DNA from: a virus
Lineage: Duplodnaviria > Caudoviricetes
DNA: 64,000 nt
Strand: one strand, 5' to 3'
IMG/VR virus record: IMGVR_UViG_3300031813_000003
Coordinates: 1-64,000 of that record
Part shown: one piece after another, positions 10,053-20,750 of the stretch
Position numbering within the stretch: the stretch's first letter is position 1
How the letters are laid out: each line of letters opens with the position of its first letter
The notes under the pieces: generated by a model
Databases searched by the model: none
Told to the model about the DNA's origin: nothing
The model's input: the letters and a program-made list of their open reading frames with translations, nothing else
Made by a program: the position numbers and the translations under genes

Positions 10053-10373
10053 ATGAGACTAACTGAAGAAAGAGCTAATCAATCCGAGAATCTAATATCA
10101 CGATATCTGGTAAAATGTCATACAGACAAAGATGAAAACTCCTTATTTGTGCGGTTCTCTGAGCTTATGATTGATAGAGAAGAACTTCAACAAGAGATTA
10201 GAAGTTTGAATTCTGTATTGAGGATTATATCTGAGTGTAATATTAAAAAAGAACTAGATGAGTGTAAACATGAATTCTTCTGCATCTATCGTCACCCAGG
10301 ATCAGATTTAAGATGTGTGAAATGTGGCAAAATAATTACACATGATGAATATATAAAAGGGAATTATAAATGA
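10053..10373 (+). CDS. Hypothetical protein with C-terminal Zn motif
   Basis: AAGGA RBS; CKHEF...CVKCG. Confidence 0.65.
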   Translation: MRLTEERANQSENLISRYLVKCHTDKDENSLFVRFSELMIDREELQQEIRSLNSVLRIISECNIKKELDECKHEFFCIYRHPGSDLRCVKCGKIITHDEYIKGNYK

Positions 10374-10570
10374 GCAACCCAGGAAACATAGTAGAAACCG
10401 CATTACAAATTGCACGATTAAAAGCTAATGGATGTTTATTACAAAATGGAAGTATTGTACAATATTGTAAATCTGATGTTGATACTTTGCTTAAATATTA
10501 TCGTGATACATTAGAAGCAGATGCAATGAAACTTCTTATGAACATGACAAGGAATGGTTATGACAAATAA
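10370..10570 (+). CDS. Hypothetical protein
   Basis: ATGA overlap with previous gene. Confidence 0.6.
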   Translation: MSNPGNIVETALQIARLKANGCLLQNGSIVQYCKSDVDTLLKYYRDTLEADAMKLLMNMTRNGYDK

Positions 10571-10808
10571 TATTAATGGCCCAATCAGGGTAGGAAGTAT
10601 TATCAAGATTAAAGAATTCTATCCTACATCACATAAATGGAAATACTTCACACTTTACAGAAAGGTGATTGGTGTTGGTAATCCACATAACATAGAATTG
10701 TTGCAGTGGCAGTATGCCGGTGGTACAATGAAAACCCAAAATAGAGATATGATTTGTATTTGCTCTCATTGCAGCTACAGAGATAAGTATATTGTGGTGA
10801 AATACTAA
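10554..10808 (+). CDS. Hypothetical protein
   Basis: ORF within operon. Confidence 0.55.
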   Translation: MVMTNNINGPIRVGSIIKIKEFYPTSHKWKYFTLYRKVIGVGNPHNIELLQWQYAGGTMKTQNRDMICICSHCSYRDKYIVVKY

Positions 10809-10809
10809 T

Positions 10810-10995
10810 ATGTCAAATGATATAATTTGGGTTATTGGTGTGTTGTTCACCCTAGGGATACTCCCTAAAAGAGATTGCGATTCATTTTGGATGTGGCTGG
10901 GTCATGTTTTATCATTATCATTTTGTTTAATATTATTTTGGCCTTTGTTGTTAGGAATAACGATTAGAAAACTTATAAAGGAAAATAATGAGTAA
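10810..10995 (+). CDS. Small membrane protein
   Basis: Hydrophobic, FWP motif. Confidence 0.6.
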   Translation: MSNDIIWVIGVLFTLGILPKRDCDSFWMWLGHVLSLSFCLILFWPLLLGITIRKLIKENNE

Positions 10996-11290
10996 ATTTC
11001 AAAAATTACAAAATGAACTAGGGGAATGGGCTGATACTACTTTCGGCCCAAGGACTGTTGAAAGTCTTTTAAATCATTTGAGAGAAGAACTTGATGAAGT
11101 CATTGCTGATCCAATAGATGAACATGAATGGGCGGATTGTCTTCAGCTACTGATTGATGCTTATCGCCTTGCCACAGGGAATACCACTGAACACCTTCTT
11201 GATGCTTGTTTTGAGAAGCTGGAAATCAACAAGAACAGGACTTGGAATGCACCTGATGAAAATGGTATCTTCAAGCATGTGAAGGATTAA
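10988..11290 (+). CDS. DUF550 dATP/dGTP pyrophosphohydrolase (MazG fold)
   Basis: WADTTFG..LNHLREE..E..P.D..EWAD...KLEINKNRTW. Confidence 0.85.
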   Translation: MSKFQKLQNELGEWADTTFGPRTVESLLNHLREELDEVIADPIDEHEWADCLQLLIDAYRLATGNTTEHLLDACFEKLEINKNRTWNAPDENGIFKHVKD

Positions 11291-11293
11291 CTT

Positions 11294-11545
11294 GTGAATG
11301 AATTCTGTTTTAATAAAGAATGTGGTTGGCAGGATGGTATAAAGATACGTGATCTAGCAAATTCCCATGCCCAATCAAAACTTTGGATATCTGCAAAGGA
11401 AGATGCGGTACATAAAATTGTATCAGAATATAAACTCTGTTATGCCTTGTTGGTTGAAATGAATGAATATCTCAATATTAACAAAATGACCAACATAGCG
11501 AGTGATAGTGGGTTTCATAGGATGATTAAAGAGAGGGTGGAATGA
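11294..11545 (+). CDS. Hypothetical protein
   Basis: AAGGA RBS, GTG start. Confidence 0.55.
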   Translation: MNEFCFNKECGWQDGIKIRDLANSHAQSKLWISAKEDAVHKIVSEYKLCYALLVEMNEYLNINKMTNIASDSGFHRMIKERVE

Positions 11546-11880
11546 TACATATTTCTGAAGATGAAGAATATTGTTCGTGTGGTTGTAATGCTCATGAGCA
11601 TTGTCATAAGAAGGGTTGCCCTCATTGTGACCTTAAAGAAAATACTCATATTAGAATTGAGGTAACAAATGAGTAAGACATTTATAGCATTTGCTATGTC
11701 TTACTATGAAGCATCATGTGGATGCGATTACACTAGATTTTATGAGTGTTATGAAAGAAACGTAAATATAATAAAAAGATTTGATACATATGAAGAAGCA
11801 AACAAGCTGCAATAGATAAAATGAAAGAATTTAATGCGGATATCTGGAATGTAGTATAACTTTAAAAATAACAAAGAAAT

Positions 11881-11918
11881 AAAAGACCCTAGTTCTTAAC
11901 TGAGCTAGGGTCTTTTTT
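11881..11918 (+). terminator. Terminator closing the early region
   Basis: AAAAGACCCTAG...CTAGGGTCTTTTTT. Confidence 0.85.
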
Positions 11919-11958
11919 GTTTTAATAAATAAAGATAAATGTTTAAAGGAGAATCATA

Positions 11959-12186
11959 ATGGATTTTGATAATACATTAGTAAAACTTCAAGAAGGTAAA
12001 AAGACCCAAATGATTGAATTAGCATGTGGGTGTAATTTTAACATTCCTTCTAATATAAAAGAAGGATTAAATGAGTATGAAGAATATCTTGAAGATAAAG
12101 GTATCGTAGAAAGAAAAAGAGTTGGTGTATCACAAGAGAATTTGATTTGTTCTAAATGTGGTAAGACTATTGCTAAGGACGTATAA
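11959..12186 (+). CDS. Small Cys-containing late protein, possible internal head protein
   Basis: AATAAATA at 11924, AAGGAG RBS, N-terminal LQE. Confidence 0.6.
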   Translation: MDFDNTLVKLQEGKKTQMIELACGCNFNIPSNIKEGLNEYEEYLEDKGIVERKRVGVSQENLICSKCGKTIAKDV

Positions 12187-12188
12187 AT

Positions 12189-12374
12189 ATGAGTAGATTT
12201 ATTACCATATTACAAGAAACTTTAGAAGATTCAGATCAGATAGACCCTGATATATCAAAAGCATATCGTACAATGGAATACCCTGAACTCATCAGGTTCA
12301 TTCAAAAAGTTCAGGGTTGTGATGAAGAATCTGCAATTTCATATTATTTAAAATTAAAGAGATCAAAGGAATAA
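12189..12374 (+). CDS. Small protein, possible internal head protein
   Basis: MSRFITILQE N-terminus. Confidence 0.55.
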   Translation: MSRFITILQETLEDSDQIDPDISKAYRTMEYPELIRFIQKVQGCDEESAISYYLKLKRSKE

Positions 12375-12377
12375 GTT

Positions 12378-15300
12378 ATGCCAATTGGTAGAATAACAAA
12401 AATAGCACCAATGACCCTAGATGATTCAATTGTTCAGAGTATTATAAGCTCTGTATCTATTGATCAGTCAAAATATATAGACCCAAGTTTTTTCGGTATT
12501 CATTACTGTAAAGCTATCGCAGGGGATACACCACAAACTCCATATCAACCCCTAGGATTCGGTACTCTTAGACTTTGGGATACTGGAACTAACTGGTGTT
12601 CTATAAACCCAAGTAACGGTACCTTCAACTGGACTAGACTTGATGCTTATGTAAATTTTGCCCAAACTAATGGTATGGAAATTCTAATGACATTAGGGCA
12701 AGCACCATCCTGGGCAAATGGATTAACTGCTGTTGGTACTAGTGGAACTAATTCCATTACTATTAATAAATCTGATCTTATCTATGTAGGTCAAAAAATT
12801 ATTTTAGCTTCTGATCCAACTTCATATACTGTAACTACTAGGGTTAACTCAACATCTTTCACTGTTAGTCCAAATTTAACAATGAATATTAATGGTGGAG
12901 TTACTGATAATACAAATGGATCAGGATATTCTAATATTCCTCCTGATTCAAATCACCCTGAATATTGGACAAATTATGTCTCTGCTGTTGCAACTAGATA
13001 TAAAGGAATAATTACTCATTATGAAATATGGAATGAAGCTAACTCATATACATTCTTCACAGGGACTGTATCACAATTAGCAACACTTACACAGCTAGCT
13101 CATGATACATTAAAAACAATTGACCCTAATATTCAAGTTATTAGTGCATGTTGTTATGGTGGAAGTGGTGTTTCTTATATGGATTCTTACTTGGCATTAG
13201 CTTCGCAGTATGTCGATATTGTAGGATGTCACTTATATGTAAGCCCTCTTCAACCAGAATCAATGATTGATTTAGCTCAACAATTCAGAGCAGTAATGTA
13301 TAAACATGGTATTGGTAATTTACCATTGTGGAATACTGAATCAACATGGTTATCATATAATAATGGCTCTACTTTTGTAACTGAGAGTAGTAGTGGGATA
13401 ACTCCAATGCCAGATGCTATGCAAGCTGCATATGCATTGCGTATGTTCATCTCAAATTGGGTTGCAGGACTAGATAGATGCTATCTATATGGTATGGATT
13501 ATACTGCTTCTGCTATTGCTCCTGTTAATAGAACTACACCAGCACAAATTACTCCTACTGGATATGCAATTCAAAGATTTATATCCTGGGCAGTAGGAAA
13601 GAAATTAAGAGATTATAAATATGATTCAACTATAGGATTATATCAAGTAACTGCAACCGATAGTAATGGAGTATCTTCAAGTTATATTTGGACTGATGAT
13701 ACAAAATCTGTATCACTTTCATTAGGAACTTATGCAGAAATTGGATCAATTGTGGCTTGGGATGGCACAACTACATATAATACTATTAATAATAATCTAA
13801 CAGTGAATCTATCTCCTATATTGATTAATAGATTTAATTCTATGTTAGATTATAAAAATATGAATTATACAACTAATATTGTGCCATTAACTAACGCTTC
13901 TCCTTTTGACCAATATCAATCATGGGTGGCAAGTGGAGGAATTCTTTATACTAACCCTGCATCCAGTATTGTTAGTTCAGAATTAAATAGTGATCCCAAC
14001 TTTGCATCTTCATCAATTAGTAATGGTGGTGTATGGTCTGCAAACTCTCCTTGGGTTGTTATTGGTAATGGTAGGGCTGATGTAAATAACTCATCAGGGG
14101 TGGCAGCATTATATAATAATACTTACCCATTGGCTATAGTTGGTACCACATATCAAATAACATTTACCGTGGCAAATTATGTATCAGGTGCAGTATGTTT
14201 TAGTAATAATGGTGATCCTTTAGGAAATCAGTCAGGAACATACCATTATGGTGCTGGAACATTCACAGATACATTTGTTGCTACTAGAGCAGGAACAATT
14301 TGTTTACAGCCTGGGGCACCTTCTAATTTATCAATAACATATTTTTCTATTAAAACTGTTTCAGTGACTGCAGGATCAATAATTCAAAATCCATTACTAA
14401 ATTATAATAATGGTGTGTTAGCAGCACCTAAATTTAGTGGTGATGGTTCTCTATTAACAAATATTACTAATGTTGCTCCATTAGATTTAATTAATACTTG
14501 GGGAACCAGTGGATTATTATTTACTCCTGCACCAGTAGTAACAATTGGTCCTGAATTGTTACTAGACACTAATTTTACTAGTACAAGTTTTTGGGGTAAT
14601 GTTGGTGGATCACCTAACTGGTCTATTTCAGGTGGTATAGCATCTTCTAATGGTGGTGCTTCTTCCATGTATGCTATTAACCCACGTTCTGTTGGAGGAA
14701 CAACATATCAAATAACTTTAACAATTAGTAACATCACAACATCAGGTGGTGCGGTAGCAGTTGGAATTGTTGGTGGTTCAAACAATCAATATGGTCCTTA
14801 TTGGAATACTACTGGTACACATATAACAACTATAACTTGTTCTGCTGTAAATGATGGGATGCAATTCGCAATTCAACAAGGAAGTTCTGCACTTTGTTCT
14901 GTTAGTTATTTCTCTATTAAAAAAGTAACAACTACAAATGGAAGTGTTACTCAAGATAGTACTTTAACATTTAACCAAGCTACAAAAACTTTATCTGTAA
15001 AAGATTTTATAACATCAGGGCCATATATTGATGTAAGAGCTTATGGTGCTGTAGGTGATGGTGTTACTGATGATACAGCTGCACTACAAGCTGCATTAAA
15101 TGCAGCTATCGGAAAAACAGTTTTATTCCAACCATTAACATATAAAATTACTAGTAAGTTAACAGTGTCACTATCAGGGTCAAAATTAATAGGTGTTAAA
15201 GGTGCAACTCAAATCACAGGAGCATTCAATTATTACTTGATGCAACTTCTTGAAGTAAAAGATAGTGTTATTGATGGTATATTTTTTAATAATACTTATG

Positions 15301-16853
15301 TAAATGCAACTTTAGACCCAGGATATGCGGTATTATATTCTCTTCAAAATAATATTGATGGACTAGATATTACCAATTGTAAATTTTCTGTTCCTAACGC
15401 ATTTACTTCTGGTTTCTGTGCTTACACCAGAACTACAAGTGGCGATAATGGTCATGTTGTTAAGAATCTAAGAATTAGACATAATGAATTTGTCAATATT
15501 GGTTGTATTGCGATGACCATTATGAATAGAGCTACTAGTTCTGATCAATATGAAGCTGCTAGAGATATAGCAGTTACCGATAACTATGCTTATAATTTAG
15601 GTACATTAGCTACTTCAGGGAACCCATTTGGATTTTTTATTAGTTTAGATGGTTATGGGAGCAAGACTGATGTATCAAGAAATACAATTAGGAAAGCTGC
15701 TGGAATTGGTATTGAAAATACAGGGTGGATTAATAGTAGTTTTAATAATAATAGGTTTGGTGATTTTACTGCATCCCAATCTTGTGCCCCTATGAGTTGG
15801 ACTCCAAATATATATGTGACCCAACCAATTTCAAATTGTCAATCAATTGGTAATATAGTTGAAAGTTTAGCCAATAATAGATGTAATTTTAAAAATATTC
15901 AAAATTGTTTATTCATGGGTAATCTATGGCAAGGAGACGTTACTACTGCTTCTTCTGCATTACAAGTATGGGGAAGTAATAATAGATTTATTGGAGAATC
16001 ATTTGTATCTAACGCATACTATGCAGTAACAGTTGGTAGTGGTTTAAATATCACAACCAATAATATTTTTGATTGTTGTACATTTTCCACATCAGGATCA
16101 ACTATAGACATTGGTACTGTAAACTTTTCAGGGGCTGGATCAACTGGAAATATTGTTAAAGGTTCTAAAATAACACATGGAACTGGCAGTGTGTTGTTAT
16201 TGTCCCAGGATACTAGTGCTACAAATAATAAATTACTTGATAATGGATTTGACCAATATTATTTCTCTTCTATAGCATGTAATGGTGGAGTTGATGCTTC
16301 TACTGTACATCAAACTTACCAAGCAGGAGTAACTGCGGATCAAAATAGTTATATTTCTTGGCTTGATCATACAGGAGCAACACAATATAGAATAGGAAGA
16401 ATTTCTGACGGAACATTCCAAATTCTTGATTCTTACTCAGGATCAGGGGCAGGACTTTCTAGAATGTTATTCTCTCCTAGTGATGCTAGAATATTCTTAC
16501 CAACTAATGGCACATTTACATTAAGAAATAGTGGTAATACTATACTATTTAAAATGAGTGATAATGGTAATACAGTGTTTAATGGTTATACTACATCATT
16601 ATCTGGTGCTGCTGTAAGTTCAGCTGGAACTATTACACCAACAGGTCAATTCTTCCATGTTACAGGAACTACACAAATTAATACTATAAGTGTTCCTTTT
16701 ACTGGATTTATAGGTTCAATTAGAATTATCCCTGATGGAGTATTTACTACAGGAACATCAGGTAATATTGCACTAGCATCTACAGCTGTTGTGGGTAAAG
16801 TTCTAGAGATGACTTATGATGGGTCAATACAAAAATGGTATCCTAGTTACTAA
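12378..16853 (+). CDS. Multidomain tailspike/depolymerase: clan GH-A (GH39-like) hydrolase, two CBM-like repeats, pectate-lyase-like beta-helix
   Basis: LRLWD..W...P..G.FNW..LD, YEIWNEAN, LWNTE; IDVRAYGAVGDGVTDDTAALQAA. Confidence 0.8.
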   Translation: MPIGRITKIAPMTLDDSIVQSIISSVSIDQSKYIDPSFFGIHYCKAIAGDTPQTPYQPLGFGTLRLWDTGTNWCSINPSNGTFNWTRLDAYVNFAQTNGMEILMTLGQAPSWANGLTAVGTSGTNSITINKSDLIYVGQKIILASDPTSYTVTTRVNSTSFTVSPNLTMNINGGVTDNTNGSGYSNIPPDSNHPEYWTNYVSAVATRYKGIITHYEIWNEANSYTFFTGTVSQLATLTQLAHDTLKTIDPNIQVISACCYGGSGVSYMDSYLALASQYVDIVGCHLYVSPLQPESMIDLAQQFRAVMYKHGIGNLPLWNTESTWLSYNNGSTFVTESSSGITPMPDAMQAAYALRMFISNWVAGLDRCYLYGMDYTASAIAPVNRTTPAQITPTGYAIQRFISWAVGKKLRDYKYDSTIGLYQVTATDSNGVSSSYIWTDDTKSVSLSLGTYAEIGSIVAWDGTTTYNTINNNLTVNLSPILINRFNSMLDYKNMNYTTNIVPLTNASPFDQYQSWVASGGILYTNPASSIVSSELNSDPNFASSSISNGGVWSANSPWVVIGNGRADVNNSSGVAALYNNTYPLAIVGTTYQITFTVANYVSGAVCFSNNGDPLGNQSGTYHYGAGTFTDTFVATRAGTICLQPGAPSNLSITYFSIKTVSVTAGSIIQNPLLNYNNGVLAAPKFSGDGSLLTNITNVAPLDLINTWGTSGLLFTPAPVVTIGPELLLDTNFTSTSFWGNVGGSPNWSISGGIASSNGGASSMYAINPRSVGGTTYQITLTISNITTSGGAVAVGIVGGSNNQYGPYWNTTGTHITTITCSAVNDGMQFAIQQGSSALCSVSYFSIKKVTTTNGSVTQDSTLTFNQATKTLSVKDFITSGPYIDVRAYGAVGDGVTDDTAALQAALNAAIGKTVLFQPLTYKITSKLTVSLSGSKLIGVKGATQITGAFNYYLMQLLEVKDSVIDGIFFNNTYVNATLDPGYAVLYSLQNNIDGLDITNCKFSVPNAFTSGFCAYTRTTSGDNGHVVKNLRIRHNEFVNIGCIAMTIMNRATSSDQYEAARDIAVTDNYAYNLGTLATSGNPFGFFISLDGYGSKTDVSRNTIRKAAGIGIENTGWINSSFNNNRFGDFTASQSCAPMSWTPNIYVTQPISNCQSIGNIVESLANNRCNFKNIQNCLFMGNLWQGDVTTASSALQVWGSNNRFIGESFVSNAYYAVTVGSGLNITTNNIFDCCTFSTSGSTIDIGTVNFSGAGSTGNIVKGSKITHGTGSVLLLSQDTSATNNKLLDNGFDQYYFSSIACNGGVDASTVHQTYQAGVTADQNSYISWLDHTGATQYRIGRISDGTFQILDSYSGSGAGLSRMLFSPSDARIFLPTNGTFTLRNSGNTILFKMSDNGNTVFNGYTTSLSGAAVSSAGTITPTGQFFHVTGTTQINTISVPFTGFIGSIRIIPDGVFTTGTSGNIALASTAVVGKVLEMTYDGSIQKWYPSY

Positions 16854-16876
16854 AATAAAATATTAAAGGAAATATT

Positions 16877-19474
16877 ATGGCAGAAGGTGATAAAACAAAA
16901 ATTGGACCTCTTAATATAACTGATCCAGTTGTATCAAGTATGATTAGCACAATTGAAAGTGTTGTTGTATCTGGTATGACATACCCAGGAACACTATATT
17001 TAAATGATATTATTACCAAAAGCCCTTTTGTAGATATTAGGGCTTTTGGTGCAGCAACTACAAATTCTGACAATAGTACTGCTATAACAAATGCAATTAA
17101 TTACATTGTTGCAACTTATGGTGGTGGAGTCGTTAGAATTCCGATGGGAACATGGAATATATCATCCACAATTAATATCCCTGCATTTGTCTATTTAACA
17201 GGGGAAGGGTTACGTGGAACTTATTTAAACATGACTAACAGTTCAAATAATGTAATAAACTTCTTAACAGATGGATATGGAAATAATTGGGGTGGATTGC
17301 TAAAGCTCATCATTACCAACGGAAACACAGGGGTAGTTGCTAATAATAATGGGCATATATTAATACAAGAAGTATATTGCCAATATTGTACTACTGGATT
17401 TCATCTCACTCAAGTTATTAACAGTACCTATGTTGATGTAGAGGCTAGAAACTGTGTTACAGGAGCTTTGGTAGATTATAATGGGGCTTCTTTCTCAGAT
17501 CAATCAGTTTGGATTAGACCTATATTTAATTTTAACACTGGTAATGGTATGATAAAAAAGAAAGGTCAAGGTAATACTTTCATATCATTCCAGGCATGTG
17601 GTAATACTCTTGCTGGATTACATTTAGAAGGTGATTTAAGTATAGCTACAACAATTCCATTAATTCCAGCTGGAAGATATGATAATGATACATTCATTAG
17701 TCCTTATATTGAGGGTGTGTATAATCATCCTGAATTAGATACAGGCCCATCATTAATTGAAATTATTGGTACATTGAACACCAAACTAGATAATCTAGTT
17801 CTAGTAAACTATGTCACCAAGTCTGGTGGTATTATAAACATAAAGCAGTCTATGGATACTCACATTAATGGAACATTGATGGATTTTGGTGCAACATCAA
17901 ATCCTGTTGTTATTGATAACTTAACTTCAAACCCAATTATAGATATTAAAGGTTCTACTATTCCAAGTATCCCATCTTCTGTATTTGGCGCAAAGGTAGC
18001 AACTGGTAATATTTTAAATCCATCAAGTAATAATGTATTGTCAAACTCTACTTTTGCAACCTCTGGTACTAGTGGATCAGATATATTTTCTAACTGGATT
18101 GAAAGTGGAAATACATCAGGTCAAATAATTAGAGATACTACAGATTTACTTTTACAAGGTACTATTGCTTCTTGTAAAGTTGTTCAAGGTGTTTCTGCAG
18201 TAAATATGGAAATGGATCAAAATACAAGCATTCTTACACCAAATACACAATATTATATAAACATTACTTATAAAAATGATAATGGATATACACATTCAAA
18301 CTCCCCTATCAAGATAGGGGTATCTAGTGCCAGTGGATCATACCCAGGGTATGATTTTATATCACAAACTTATGCTGCTTCTGGTCTTACTCAATTAGAA
18401 TTACCAGTATCAACATCACCATATTCAATGTCAATCCCATTTATTTCACCATCAAGTGCTTTAGGGGTTATGGCAAGATTAATATTTACTAATTACGGTA
18501 CAGATACTCCAAATTCAATTTATCATATATATGAATTTGCAATATCACAAACACCTAATTTACAAATACCTAAAATTCCAGCAGTGGCACAAACACCAAC
18601 ACCGTATGTAAGTTATAGTATGCCTGATGCAGATTATACATTCGGAACAAATTCTGAAAATGTTTTGATATTATATAATGGTAGTGTTACAGGGAGTAGA
18701 AATATAACAGTCCCTGCTCCAACTATATCAGGGCAAGACATACAATTAATAAATCAAACATTAGTGCCACAAAATGTAACAATATATGGAAGTAATATAT
18801 ATGTAATGTTAGGGCAAATAAGAACTAATTATTCTGCTTCTTATGCATTTACTTTAGCCCCTCAAACAGCAAGAACATTTAGGGCATCTAATACATCTTG
18901 GTTTGAGAATTCAGTTGAACTTCCGTCTAGACATTATCTATGGAATAGTAATACATCATATCAAGCAGGAACTTATGGTGAAACGTTTATAGAATGTAAT
19001 AATGCTGGTGTTGCTACACTATCATTACCAACTGGTAACTCAAATAATGCTGGTAAAAAATATATTATTAGTAATAAAAGTTTTACTAATAATGTTAACT
19101 TATATTTTACAACATCAGATACAGTATACTATAAAGATATTTCAGGTACATTAAATTCTATACCAGCATCTTCATATTCAGGAGTAGTGCTTCCTGGAGG
19201 CCAGAGATCATTTTATACGGATGGAAATAGCAGCTGGATAGAATATGGTACTATAACAGGATATGAAGCATCAGCAATGCCAACAACTGGAACATATAAT
19301 TCAGGAGATTATGTCAGAAATAAAGCAGCATTAACTATTCTTTCATGGTCTGGTGGATTTGCTGGATTATCTGGCGCTAAGTATGTATTAAAAGGATGGA
19401 CGAGGATAACAACAGGATCAGCTAATGTTCTTAATACAGATTGGGTGGAAGATAGAGCATTAACAGGACAATAA
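16877..19474 (+). CDS. Tailspike/fibre with pectate-lyase-like beta-helix
   Basis: VDIRAFGA...DNSTAITNAI...GGVVRIP.G; N-terminus resembles 12378. Confidence 0.75.
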   Translation: MAEGDKTKIGPLNITDPVVSSMISTIESVVVSGMTYPGTLYLNDIITKSPFVDIRAFGAATTNSDNSTAITNAINYIVATYGGGVVRIPMGTWNISSTINIPAFVYLTGEGLRGTYLNMTNSSNNVINFLTDGYGNNWGGLLKLIITNGNTGVVANNNGHILIQEVYCQYCTTGFHLTQVINSTYVDVEARNCVTGALVDYNGASFSDQSVWIRPIFNFNTGNGMIKKKGQGNTFISFQACGNTLAGLHLEGDLSIATTIPLIPAGRYDNDTFISPYIEGVYNHPELDTGPSLIEIIGTLNTKLDNLVLVNYVTKSGGIINIKQSMDTHINGTLMDFGATSNPVVIDNLTSNPIIDIKGSTIPSIPSSVFGAKVATGNILNPSSNNVLSNSTFATSGTSGSDIFSNWIESGNTSGQIIRDTTDLLLQGTIASCKVVQGVSAVNMEMDQNTSILTPNTQYYINITYKNDNGYTHSNSPIKIGVSSASGSYPGYDFISQTYAASGLTQLELPVSTSPYSMSIPFISPSSALGVMARLIFTNYGTDTPNSIYHIYEFAISQTPNLQIPKIPAVAQTPTPYVSYSMPDADYTFGTNSENVLILYNGSVTGSRNITVPAPTISGQDIQLINQTLVPQNVTIYGSNIYVMLGQIRTNYSASYAFTLAPQTARTFRASNTSWFENSVELPSRHYLWNSNTSYQAGTYGETFIECNNAGVATLSLPTGNSNNAGKKYIISNKSFTNNVNLYFTTSDTVYYKDISGTLNSIPASSYSGVVLPGGQRSFYTDGNSSWIEYGTITGYEASAMPTTGTYNSGDYVRNKAALTILSWSGGFAGLSGAKYVLKGWTRITTGSANVLNTDWVEDRALTGQ

Positions 19475-19508
19475 AAATTCCTCTTTCTCTCTATATAGAC
19501 AAAAAAGG

Positions 19509-19546
19509 AAAACAAACACCCTTTATATATGAGGGTGTTTGTTTTT
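19509..19546 (+). terminator. Terminator followed by late promoter CATAAATA (19547)
   Basis: AAAACAAACACCCT...AGGGTGTTTGTTTTT. Confidence 0.8.
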
Positions 19547-19583
19547 CATAAATAATATAAAAACTTATAATTAGGATCAAAAT

Positions 19584-19934
19584 ATGATAATGTCATTCAA
19601 AACATTTTTAAAAGAAGGACAATCTTTAACTGAAATCAATCAGAAGTTAGATAGATACACATCTGGTGCGGCTGAAGAATATGACAACACAGGGGCATTT
19701 GAAGGTTTGTTTGATCCTAATGGAGAAGGGTTGCCAAAGATTCTATCTCAGTTTGGATATGATATTATTGGTCCTGATGGTGATATATTCAAAGGTAAAG
19801 GTGTTGTCATCTCCCCTACTATGTCTTTTAAATTAGCCAGGACAAACGAATTTAATCCAGTTAATACTTTAACTGTTGAAATTTCTAAAGTTACTAATGG
19901 CGATTATATTATTAAATCTGCGAAGGTATCCTAA
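19584..19934 (+). CDS. Putative internal head protein
   Basis: MSFKTFLKE tag. Confidence 0.65.
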   Translation: MIMSFKTFLKEGQSLTEINQKLDRYTSGAAEEYDNTGAFEGLFDPNGEGLPKILSQFGYDIIGPDGDIFKGKGVVISPTMSFKLARTNEFNPVNTLTVEISKVTNGDYIIKSAKVS

Positions 19935-19935
19935 C

Positions 19936-20748
19936 ATGAAACTATTATCATTCACTCAATTTTTAAATGAAATGCCTTTACCAATTGGAACTGATCCTAA
20001 ATCTCTTGATCCTAAGCCTGGAAAGTATACATTTGCAGGCACTGGAAAAATATTTAAAGAACTAGGAACACAAATCGGAAAAGGTTCTTCAAGAATTGCA
20101 TTCAAAGTAGAGGTAGAAGCTTCACAATTCAACCCTAACATTCTAAAAAAATATGGTCTTCCTGCTTCTGGTAAAGTAACTACCGTATTCAAATTAGCTA
20201 TAAATTCAAAAGGTGTTACACAAAATGCATCTGAAATTCAACACCATAAAAATGTCGGTGATAATCCTTTCCTATTACCTATACTAGATACAAGTCAATG
20301 GAATAAAGGTATTACATTTGATAATGAAGAATTATCAAACTGGATTCAAATGCCACTAGCTCCCCCTCCTTCACAAAAACAATTCAAACAATTTTGGTAT
20401 AAGATGTTTGGTAATACATTAGACTATGTAAAATATGCACACGATATTCAAATTCTTAGGAATCTAGATAATAAAGGTGTATTCGATACTGAAGAACAAA
20501 TGGAAAGATTTGAAGATTTCCTTAATCTATGTGAAGAATTAGGGTTAGGTATTGCTGATCTAGTTCGCCCTGCCAATTGGGGTGTTTGGAACAACAAAAT
20601 GTATGTAATAGACTATGGATTTGATAGTAATACTTCTAGTCTATATTCTTGGGGTGCTGCTGCACAAACTGCTCATGCTTATGTAGATAGTAATGGTAAT
20701 CTTTCCTTAGAATATAGAAAGAAACAATCACCCTCACTAAATTGGTAA
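19936..20748 (+). CDS. Protein-kinase-fold enzyme with capsid-targeting-like tag
   Basis: IGKGSSRIAF Gly loop, VFKLA, QNASE, ADL..ANWG, VIDYGF; MKLLSFTQFLNE. Confidence 0.75.
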   Translation: MKLLSFTQFLNEMPLPIGTDPKSLDPKPGKYTFAGTGKIFKELGTQIGKGSSRIAFKVEVEASQFNPNILKKYGLPASGKVTTVFKLAINSKGVTQNASEIQHHKNVGDNPFLLPILDTSQWNKGITFDNEELSNWIQMPLAPPPSQKQFKQFWYKMFGNTLDYVKYAHDIQILRNLDNKGVFDTEEQMERFEDFLNLCEELGLGIADLVRPANWGVWNNKMYVIDYGFDSNTSSLYSWGAAAQTAHAYVDSNGNLSLEYRKKQSPSLNW

Positions 20749-20750
20749 TT

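Noticed and set aside
12378-19474. Diversity-generating retroelement acting on the tailspikes
   Set aside because: No reverse transcriptase and no template/variable repeat pair with adenine-specific mismatches seen
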